Shown piece by piece: positions 48,170 to 58,437 of a stretch of DNA of 64,000 nucleotides. Where the stretch lies: positions 3,038,001-3,102,000 of the forward strand of contig OX442314.1 of the NCBI GenBank assembly GCA_949358305.1, given 5' to 3'. Below the pieces are notes generated by a model, which saw only the letters and a list, made by a program, of their open reading frames with translations, ran no database searches and had not been told where the DNA came from. This stretch comes from Strigamia acuminata (taxonomy: Eukaryota). The position numbers were made by a program, and so were the translations under genes. How positions within the stretch are numbered: the first letter of the stretch is position 1; each line of letters starts with the position of its first letter.

Positions 48170-48862
48170 ACACTATTGTTGCTTCATGCAGGCAGTCATG
48201 TTGGTGAACAAAGTTGTGATGTCATATATCATGTGATATCAAATTACCTGGGTTCCAGAGTAAGGTTTGAACAGGCTAATCACCAAATGTAGTGCTACAC
48301 TTGACCTTTTTACTCAAAATGGTGTTTCAACACACAGTAAGGAATCCTGTGTGTTGTTACTGTTTGTAACAATGTGAGAGAGAGGTGCATTTTAATATGA
48401 GAAAAATAGATTGTTTAGGTGATGTGAATGCTTTATTTACAAACAATTTTAACAATTGTGGATTACACACTCTTGCGGTCTCCTTGTTAGTTTACATCGA
48501 ATAAAATAGTTATATTTTATTCACCGTGTCTAAATAATTATTTATCACACTTTTCAGTTTTATCGAGTTTGAATTACGAGCGTTTGGTAAACAGCGCCAT
48601 CTATTGTGAACATTGATAAATACGGATTTGTAATCATCACACATCCCCCGGTGACAATCATAGAGTTTACCAACTCTCGATTGTCATTCTTAATGGATAA
48701 GAATGTTCACTTAATTCTATCGAATTAATCCACTTGGTAAGTACGTCAAAATATTCAAATTTATATAGTCAAAATAGTCAACAAAAGAAAATTGCATCCA
48801 AACTGAAATAACGCACCGAAAACCCATTTTCCAACAACATTAAAAGCAAATTTGAATTTCAG

Positions 48863-49215
48863 GATTTGGCGGCGCAACCGGCTCATTCGCCCCCGGTTCC
48901 CTCGGAACATTCGGTGCGGGCGGCGGCTTAGGAGCAAAATCCACCTTCGGCACCGGCGGAGCCTTCGGAACCGGTTCAACATTCGGCACGGCCGCACCCT
49001 TCTCCTCCAACACCGGATTAGTCCACATCGGCCTAGGCAACACCGGACTAGGCACCACCGCATTCGGCGCGCCATCATTTGGCGCCTTCAACACCCAAGG
49101 TTGATCAAATCCCCCCCACAAAACGAACCACTAACTATAACAAATTGCAATTTCTCCAGTCCCCGCCACCAACACGGCGCCAAACAACGCCTTGACCAAC
49201 CTCGCCACCGCCTAA
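48863..49215 (+). pseudogene. FG-nucleoporin (Nup54-like) gene fragment, two exons
   Basis: Exon 48863-49099 (GFGGATGSF..FGTGGAFGTGSTFG..GLGTTAFGAPSFGAFNTQ) and exon 49160-49215 (NALTNLATA*), resembling the Nup54 FG/core junction. No start and no core domain. Confidence 0.65.
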
Positions 49216-49939
49216 AATTTAAAAAGAGTTTTAATCAGTCAAATTGTTATTGATTATTGTTTTTTTTTATATAAATTCGCACCAAGTGCGCCTGCACCGA
49301 ATTTAAACGCAGAACCGGGAGTTGTGCTTGTCGATTAGTGTATCGTCCATCACCAAATTCTGTACGAATTTGTCGCAAATTCTTTATAAATTTGCTGCAA
49401 ATTCTTTACAAATTTGCCGCAAATTCGTTACAAATGTGCTGCAAATTCTTTACAAATTTGCCGCAAATTCACAAAAACAAATATTTGAATTATTAGTTGT
49501 TAAAGCACTGTAAAAGCATTGTAATGGAATACTAGCGTACTATTTTCGATCCCATAATCCCTAGCGCGGAATTGGCAATAGATGGCGCTGCCATAGTTGT
49601 GCAAACCCGGTATTGAATCCAATGTTGCGGTGATTTAAACTCATTTTCGCTAAAATGAGTTTGCTAAAATGGGTTTAAAAAAATTGTTTTCGCTAAAATG
49701 AGATTCGCTAATAAGGACGGATCCCTTTCTAACATCACTGTATAAAAACTATTAAAGTTAGTAGCATTATTATTATTTTGTAACATTATAACACATTGAA
49801 GAATGAGTACACAAAATTTCAATCAGCAGCTAGCATTACTTTTTTATTTACAGACATCTTTTTTCAGGCCTCATTTTCACTAGTTTTACATGAAATGCTT
49901 AAGAAATGTGTACATTTTTTAAAATTGATCACAAAAATG

Positions 49940-50931
49940 TATACTTTCAGATTCTCGGTCATTTCAAAATCTCGTATTTCCGAGACGAGATGCACTCGTC
50001 CCGAGACGAGATCTCGTACGAGACCGAGATCAAAAACGAGATTTTATCCAAAAAGTTCAAAATTGATCAAAAACACATTTTTACGCGATTTTTGATGTGT
50101 TCTGTGCGTGGATTGACTTCGGGTTCCGTGGATTCTGTCGGATTGTGTTGGAGGTGGTCAAGGAACGAGGCAGTGGTTGCAAGGAACCGAATTGGAATAC
50201 TTTATTTGCATGAAAATGTAGGTGGCGCTGTACGCACACACGTGCGTACACGCATGTCACAAATTAACAAAAATATGATGGAGTGCAAAACACTCCAATT
50301 TTAATCAATTTTCGACATTTCTTAGGACGTTTTAAATTATTTTTGATGTTTTTTAGCACGGTTTTGTTTATATTTTATTGTTCTTACCACGATTTTAATC
50401 TTTTTTGATCGTACAATTGCAGCCGAGCTTCGGCCGCATTAGATGGAACAAATGCGGGCGAAAATCGGCTGTATTTGATCGTACAACTGCAGCCGAGCTT
50501 CGGCCGCATTAGATGGAACAAATCCGGGCGAAAATCGGCTGCATTTGATCGTACAATTGCAGCCGAGCTTCGGCCGCATTAGATGGAACAAATGCGGGCG
50601 AAAATCAGCTGCATTTGATCGTACAACTGCAGCCGAGCTTCGGCCGCATTAGATGGAACAAATGCGGGCGAAAATAGTGCTAAAAACGTAACAATGCCGT
50701 TTTGGCCCGTTCAAAACCAATCAAAACCGTTTTGGCCCGTTCAAAACCAATCAAAATCGTTTTGGCCCGTTCAAAACCAATCAAAACCGTTTTGATTGGT
50801 TTTGAACTTTTGTACGTATCTCGTACGTATCTCGGGACGAAATCTCGGTTTAACGAGACCGAGATTTCCCAAAAAAAAAAGCCCGAGATTGCCGAGACCG
50901 AGATCCCGAGATCCCGAGATCTGAAAGTATA
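49940..50931. mobile_element. MITE with 9-bp TSD (hAT- or MULE-type)
   Basis: TIR TATACTTTCAGAT; TSD ACAAAAATG at 49931-49939 and 50932-50940; subterminal CGAGA repeats; internal 63-bp (50405-50675) and 30-bp tandems. Confidence 0.88.
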
Positions 50932-51522
50932 ACAAAAATGTGGAATATTTTTTTTAAGCAAGCTGAAACCTTGATAGATTAATAAAAAATAACAACGAAA
51001 TGATAAATGGCCCAGCAGAAAGTGAGCGATTTTTTGGCCACATTCACCTGCCAGGGCCACCTTCACCCGACTTTACGGAAAATGTTTATACATAGAACAA
51101 ATCACATCACAAATATGTAATTGAATAAATAAAGATACAATCATTAAACCTGATGATGTCATCATTGTGACATCATCACTACATACTAGTACTATACGAG
51201 AACGTTATCGCTTTGCGTATAGCGCCCTCGCACAACGAATAAGCAACATTAGAGGTTTTGCGATTGAATTTTTTTCCAACTTATAACTTATAACTTATAA
51301 GTTATAGGTATAAGTTATAAGTTGGAAAAATTGAAAAATGAACGTATGGATTTGATCTATAAGTTCCCTATACGTTGCTCTATACGTTTAGGTTCCGTAT
51401 AGGACGCGCATGCGCAATAATCAATTTGGTCAAACCAAGTGGTCAACAGGTGCCATTTTGTTTAGCGATAGATCGTAGTACACAGACAACAGTCGTAAAC
51501 TGACCATAAACTATTAACCGAA

Positions 51523-53847
51523 ATGACTGGACCTCGAGGCAAAACAGTAAGTCGTGGAGGTAATCGTGGTCGTGGTCGGGGTGGTAATAAGGGGAACAAA
51601 AGCGTGACACGTGGGGTCGAAACATGCTCGAACGAGACGGCACGGTCGGCCGAAACGGCGCGGTCAGCCGAGGCGGCGATGTTGGCCGAGGCTGCGAGGT
51701 TGGACGAGGCGACGCTGTTGGCCGAGGCGGAGAGGTTGGCCGAGGCGGAGAGGTTGGCCGAGGCAGAGAGGTTGGCCGAGGCGGCGAGGTTGGCCGAGGC
51801 GGCGATGTTGGCCGAGGCGGCGAGGTTGGCCGAGGCGGCGAGGTTGGCCGAGGCGGCGATGTTGGCCGAGGCGGCGAGGTTGGCCGAGGCGGCGAGGTTG
51901 GCCGAGGCGGCGATGTTGGCCGAGGCGGAGAGGTTGGCCGAGGCGGAGAGGTTGGCCGAGGCAGAGAGGTTGGCCGAGGCGGCGAGGTTGGCCGAGGCGG
52001 CGATGTTGGCCGAGGCGGCGAGGTTGGCCGAGGCGGCGCGGTTGGCCGAGGCGACGCGGTTGGCCGAGGCGGCGAGGTTGGCCGAGGCGGCGAGGTTGGC
52101 CGAGGCGGCGCGGTTGGCCGAGGCGGCGAGTTTGGCCGAGGCGCGCAGGAACGCGGCGCGCTTGGAGGCGACGGTGAGATTGGCCGAGGCGGCGCGTTTG
52201 GCTGAGGCGGCGCGTTTGGACGAGGCGGCGCGCTTGGACGAGGCGGTGCGCTTGGAAGAGGCGATGCTCAGGAACGCGGCGCGCTTGGAGGCGACGTCGG
52301 CGCGCAGGGACAAGGAGCGCATGGACGAGGCGCGCAGAGACGAGGCACGCAGAGACGCGGTGCGTAGGGACGAGGTCAGTTGCTTTTAAAATATTTAATA
52401 TAAATAAATAAATTTAAATATGATGGAAATTCATTTTATTTCATAAAAAGCTGGCGATAAATGCATTTTTCTTCAACAAAATTGAGGAAAAAGTGAATTT
52501 TTGCCACCAAAATTGAAAAAAAAGTGAATTTTTGCCACCAAAATTGAAAAAGTGGATATTTTAAAAAAATTAAAATTTTGCTTGTTTAAAATTTTTATTT
52601 TGCACGTTTAAAAATTTAATTTGTCCCGTTTTTATTTCAGTTGAGTTGTGGCCCAGTCAGTCGGGGTGGTAGAGGCAGTCGGGGTGGTAAAGGCAGTCGG
52701 GGTGGTAGAGGCAGTGGGGTTGTAAGAGCCAGTCGGGGTATTACAGTCAGTAAAGGTGGCCGAGGAATTTTTAATGAAGCCGATGGTGAACACAGTGATG
52801 AAAGCAACAATGGATTGGAAACCGACAATGAAACGCGTGTGCAGGATTTGTTAAGTAGACTAGCAAATGGTGGTTCAGATCCTAAACCTAAAGTGAGTTT
52901 TTTATTTAAAATACAGTCTCTAAAAATTAAATTTATCTTTTATAAATTTAGGGTAGGAAGCAGCGATTTAATTTTAATCCCCAAAGAGACATCAGTCTCT
53001 TGAAGTCAGTGCTGAATAACGATCCATGGCAATTTGCAAACCATAAATGGACCGATGTATGCAACGAAATGAAGGCCATGGATTTTCCTGTAACAAGCAG
53101 GACTGCACGTGAAAGATGTTTGCACTTGATGGAGAGATTCAAAAAGGAAGATCTGGTATCTATTGATAAGTATGAAATGATTTATTGATTTAATATTGTT
53201 ACATTGCAATAAATTTTATTTTTTATTTTTAATAAATTTCAGATCAGGAACTGAAACAGAGTACGATGAAAGGGCAGAGCTAATCCGCGAAGTCTTGGCG
53301 CTCGAAGAAACTCAAGCTCAGATCCTAACCAATTTGGGTTATGATCCGAGTGATGAGGAATTTAATGTTGAGGGAGAGAACGACAATTTATTTGAATCTG
53401 TGAATACTAATTCCAGAAATAAACAAGTGCCGAAAAAACTTACAAAAGCGCAAGAAAAGCGATTGGCTGATGAATTAAGAAATGCAGCAAAGGACTCAAT
53501 GAATGATGCCGGTAATTCAAATACACATAATAAAAATTCATATTTACTAATTATTTTTTGAATTAGGTGTAGAAGGAAGAACATTACATCATTCAAAAAA
53601 ATCAAAAAAAGAAGACCTGATTTCTGATAGAATGCTCCTCGAAATGGAGATAAAAAGGGCTGAATTAAAAATAAAAGTTCAACAGTCTGATGCTGATATA
53701 GAAATGAGACGCAAAAATATGGCATTGGAGGAGAGGCGATTGGCTCTGTAAGAAAGTGAGAACGAACGCAGAGTTGAAGAGACAAAACTACATGCCAGCC
53801 AGCATGAAATGCTTTTGACATTATTGAATAAATTAGCTGATAAATAA
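51523..53847 (+). CDS. Myb/SANT-like accessory protein of the outer element, with RGG motifs and an (LAEAAR)n repeat; premature TAA at 53749
   Basis: Exons 51523-52374, 52641-52892, 52952-53169, 53243-53511, 53567-53847 in phase; [33 protein letters not shown]..; coiled-coil tail. Confidence 0.75.
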
Positions 53848-54589
53848 TTTATATTCAACATTGTATTCATTTCTAAGACATACTTTTATTTATTTAGTTA
53901 TTATTTACAATTCCATTTAAATATTCATCTAACGAGGGTGGCAAACAATCAAAAAATTGAGAAATTTCGTTCTGCTCAAGACAATTTTTACAATTAGTTA
54001 AAATTGCAGCAACACGATACATTTTTTCTACATCACTGCGATATATACGCATTTTTTTCTTATAGTCTAATTGAGCCCAGTTACTCAATATAATGCCAAA
54101 TCCCCATTCAACACTTTGTCGAGACCTGCCCATTCGCTTATTAAATTTTGACATTAAATCGTTTGATGTTCGAAATGGCGAAGTTATGTATTTTGTATTT
54201 GCGTAGCCCTGATCTGCATACAAACGGTACCAACTACCATCAGGCAAATTCATGTAGCTGCTTAATTTGTCCTTAAGACAGCTGATTTGCAAAATAGCAG
54301 AATCATGTCTGCTTTCCTTAAAACCACCATCTAGGTGGGTAATCATTCCATTTGCAAGGGTAACACAATAGGTGCATTCAAAGTCAAATGAATTATTTGA
54401 CTGAAATGACTGATTTGACTGAAATGACTTATCAGTCACAGGAAATGATGTAATTTACATCATCACATGATAATCCAAACTTGACTTATCATAATCTGCT
54501 TATTGTTCAGAATTCTTTTTTTAACATGTATGTAAACCCATACAAATACACCACCTGTTGACAAATTTGACAAGCTTATTTGAAACAAA

Positions 54590-55917
54590 ATGGCAGATAG
54601 AGGTTTAAAACAGGAGTATTTTCATTTTGTTTATCAAAACATGCTACTAGATTTGATACTTGCAAGTGACTCAGAGGATGAATATGATATTCTTGAAGAT
54701 GGCATTATTGCACTGAAAGTAATTGAAAACAACCGCTACATGGAACAACGACAAAAGGTGCATAAAAATCTGTCTCTTATAACTGAATTGTTACCCAGTT
54801 ATGATGAGATTAGATTTAGGAGGACAGTTCGAATGAACAGGCATCAGTTTTCTAGAATTCACTCCCTAATTCAACATCATGAAGTATTTCAAAATCCAAC
54901 AAATAACAGTTATCCTGTTTCTATCCAACTACTAATTACATTGAGCAGGTAAAAATTAATTTAGCTCATAATCTTTAAAATGCATGTTTTAATTATTGAT
55001 TTGATTTAATTGTTTAATAGATTTAGCTCTTTTGGGAATTCAGCATCAGTAATGTCACTTGCACGAAATTTTGGAGTAGGAGATGGAGGAACATTAAATA
55101 TCTTTACTAAACGAGTAATAACTGCACTTCTTTCTCTGGAAAAAGATTATATTTCATGGCCCAATGCAGTTGAAAGGCAATCAATAGGACAATTTATGTG
55201 TTCTCAATTGCTTCCACAATGCCTAGGTTATGTGGATGGGACACACATAACCCTATGCAAAGCTCCAAAAGATGATGCAATATCATACTTTAACAGAAAA
55301 GGGCTTTATTCACTAAATCTTCAAATTATTTCGGATCCATTTAAGCGAATTAGGTCATATCATATTGGACAACCAGGTAATAGTTTACAAATTAGGTTTA
55401 TTCATTTTTATTTATTGATATTATTGTACAAATTTCAGGAAAGGTACATGATGCTAGAGTATATTCCCTGATGGCAATATCAACAAATCCAAATCGTTAT
55501 TTCTCTGGTGATCAATATATTATTGGAGATTCAGCTTATAAATTGACAAGCACACTTATTACACCATATAGGAGGACCAGAGGAATGACTAGAAATCAGG
55601 AAAAATTTAATCAACATCTCTCTAAGAACAGAATTTCTATTGAGCTTGTAAACGGTATGTTGAAAGCTTGATTTGCAAGTTTGAACGGTCTTCGCATGAT
55701 TGTTGACAGAGAAAGTGGGCATCAGTTTGCTTGTGAATGGACAGTTGCCTGCATGGTTTTGTACAATATGCTTATTGAAGAAGATCCGTGGGATGAATGG
55801 GAAAACAATGCAGATCCTCTAAACCAAGATGTTAATGAATGCACTGAAGATGATGAATTGAATGGAAGATCAAAGAGAGATGAATTACTTGAATATATAG
55901 TACCACAACTTCAATAA
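54590..55917 (+). pseudogene. HARBI1-type DDE transposase with one in-frame TGA (55669-55671)
   Basis: Exons 54590-54948, 55021-55376, 55439-55917. FRRTVRM, GYVDGTH, YFNRKG.YSLNLQ, PGKVHDARV, GDSAY, RISIELVNGMLKA*F. Confidence 0.88.
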
Positions 55918-55997
55918 ATTCATTTGTATTTTATTTTATTTTGTCCAAAATAACCATATTTTATTTTATTTTGCTAAAATTAAAACATCAAAAAAAC

Positions 55998-56284
55998 CAT
56001 ATTTATTTTATGTTACTCAAAATAATACAAAAAAAAAATCATATTTATTTTATGTTACTCAAAATAATACAAAAAAAAATCATATTTATTTTATGTTACT
56101 CAAAATAATACAAAAAAAATCATATTTATTTTATGTTACTCAAAATAATACAAAAAAAATCATATTTATTTTATGTTACTCAAAATAATACAAAAAAAAT
56201 CATATTTATTTTATGTTACTCAAAATAATACAAAAAAAATCAGATTTATTTTATTTTGCTCAAAATAATATAACAAAAAAATCA
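55998..56284. repeat. ~40-bp tandem repeat (CATATTTATTTTATGTTACTCAAAATAATACAAAAAAAAT), about 7 copies
   Basis: Directly visible between the convergent genes of the inner element. Confidence 0.9.
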
Positions 56285-58437
56285 TTAAAGTTTATCTGGC
56301 AAATTATCACCACCTTGGGATTTTAATTTGTAAAATTCAAGTTTGATCTTCATTTCTTCAATGGCAAGTTTTTTTAATTCAACTTCTTTGTTTATCATCG
56401 CCTTTTCAATTTCCATCTCATTTTGCAATTTTATTTTTTGCAATTCTAAATTGTTAGCTGCTTTTTGGTCCGCCTGTACTTTTTCTTTAAATTCTAGGTG
56501 TTTTTGTTTTTCCCAATCTAATTTTTGTTTTTCCAGTTCGAATTTCTGATTTTCTACGTCCACCATTTTGTCATATTTAGTGTTAAGAATGGTTTCCAGA
56601 TTTTGAGTAACTCCCTTTCTTGGTTTAGATGCAGAAATATGAAAACCATCACATCTTGAAAATCTATTCTTTTTCCTGGTTGATTCCTCTTCTGCAATAC
56701 CTTTGGACAATTCATTTGGCTCATCAGTCTCGTCAACAACTTCAAATACTGTGATCTCTTCACTATTTTCCTGTGTGAATGTCGAAGTAATTTGGAATGG
56801 AAGATGTTGATGGAGTATTTACTTCTACTGGAAGTATTGTAGCTCCATCATTTCGTTGATAAGTAGTGTTTACACTTTGACTGATGCCCAAACGTTCCTC
56901 TAGGACATAGAAAAAACAGCACATTTTTCTAACAACATCTATAAATAAAAAAATTTGTTATTAAAAAATTAAATGGAATAAATTCTCCTTTTACCTGGAA
57001 AAGCATCTGGATTTTCATCCATTACTCCTTGTCCTGTCTCTGATATCCATTTACGTGTTTTTTCGTAAATCTTTTTCATGTGCACAATCTTGTTTCTGAG
57101 TTGTTTAACATCACATTCAGTCAGCTTTAGCACTTCCAACATATGTCGTTCATATTGGAGCAACGTTTCTTTGGCCTGAAAAAAGCAGCTTATTTAATGC
57201 AGGGATAGAAGAAAAACTAAAATATACCATGTTTTATAATTTACCAACATTTTCATGATTTTTGCAAGCTTTTCAATACTGTTAACGCAGTTTTCCACGA
57301 TTTTTCACTATTTTTACCCAGTTTTCCACCGTTTGTTACGATTTTTACGATTTTTATCCAGTTTTCCACCGTTTGTTACGATTTTTACAATTTTTATCCA
57401 GTTTTTTTGCCTTTTTTCCCGATTTTTACCCAGTTTTCCCCGATTTTTATCCAATTTTCCCCGATTTTTCACGATTTTTTCCTGTTTTTCACGACTTTTT
57501 TTTACGATTTTTACCCTTTTTACCCAGTATTTCCCGATTTTTACCCAGTTTTCCCCGATTTTTCACGATTTTTCCGTGTTTTTCACGATTGTTTTACGAT
57601 TTTTACCCTTTTTACCCAGTATTTCCCGATTTTTACCCTTTTTACCCAGTATTTCCCGATTTTTACCCTTTTTACCCAGTATTTCCCGATTGTTTTACGA
57701 TTTTTACCCTTTTTACCCAGTATTTCCCGATTTTTACCCTTTTTACCCAGTATTTCCCGATTTTTACCCTTTTTACCCAGTATTTCCCGATTTTTACCCA
57801 GTTTTCCCCGATTTTTATCCAATTTTCCCCGATTTTTCACGATTTTTTCCTGATTTTCACGACTTTTTTTCCGATTTTTACCCTTTTTACCCAGTATTTC
57901 CCGATTCTTACCCAGTTTTTCACGATTTTTAACCAGTTTTTAATGTTTTTTTTACCCCATTTTTACATACATAAAAACATGTTTTAAAATCAGTTAAAGG
58001 GCATGCATTTTTTTTTTAATATTCACTAAACAGCACGCAAATATTTTTTGATATTCACAGTAAAACATACATATATTTAAAAAAAATTCATTTAATATAT
58101 TCACAAAAAAATTAACTGAATATATTAAAATATTTACAACAAAGTTACTTACTTTAATGTATTTATACTAAATAATTAACTCATTATTTAAAAATATTAA
58201 TGTGGAAAAAGTACCATTTTCACTAAAAAAAAAAAGCCAATGCACAGTGGCAAAGCTCACATGCAAAAAACATGAATTTGTGTTTAAAAAATGTCAGCAA
58301 TTACTAACCTTGTCTTTGCCTAGGTAAGGCTGTTCAGCCAGATAATGAGCAATGCAAATTTCTTCAGCCTTAGTCCAGTTTCTTGTTGGATTCCTCTTTC
58401 TTTTCAAAGTACATGTTGGCTCACTGGGGGCATCCAT
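56285..58437 (-). pseudogene. Myb/trihelix-like accessory gene of the inner Harbinger (frameshifted)
   Basis: Exons 58437-58309 (RNWTKAEE), ~57175-56995 (QLRNKI..MKKIYEKTRKWISETGQG), ~56938-56285 (KMCCFFYVL..., coiled coil). Confidence 0.7.
57285..57935. repeat. 10/30-bp periodic T-tract minisatellite (TTTTTACCC/CCGATTTTT) in a transposon intron
   Basis: Directly visible. Confidence 0.9.

Larger units (their letters stand above)
47515..48486. mobile_element. Foldback (palindromic) non-autonomous DNA element, 972 bp
   Basis: ~450-bp inverted arms starting CAAGGAGACCGC and a TTA TSD. The empty site CTTAG is seen in the other LTR at ~34872. Confidence 0.93.
33304..48643 (-). mobile_element. 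Large Ty3/Gypsy retrotransposon with ~1.7-kb LTRs, gag, pol and an extra ORF
   Basis: LTRs 33304-35029 and 45929-48643 (the latter interrupted by a foldback), TG..CA, few differences. PBS TGGAGGTTCTACCGAGAT (45926-45909) is complementary to a tRNA-Gln 3' end; purine tract CCGGGGGA abuts the 3' LTR. No matching TSD. Confidence 0.92.

Noticed and set aside
50405..50675. Regular repeats superficially like a CRISPR array
   Set aside because: Contiguous 63-bp tandem units without unique spacers, inside a MITE in eukaryotic DNA; no cas genes.
51148..51180. Hammerhead ribozyme (CTGATGA followed by a stem)
   Set aside because: No GAAA after the stem; it is a simple hairpin.
50939..51250. Continuation of the Copia 3' LTR left of the outer Harbinger
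   Set aside because: Plausible (TG end, TATA-like motif) but unverifiable without the 5' LTR.
51462..52322. Antisense (ASANLA)n ORF and alternative-frame ORFs over the 18-bp repeat
   Set aside because: By-products of a stop-free repeat; only the LAEAAR frame has an ATG and in-phase splicing to downstream exons.
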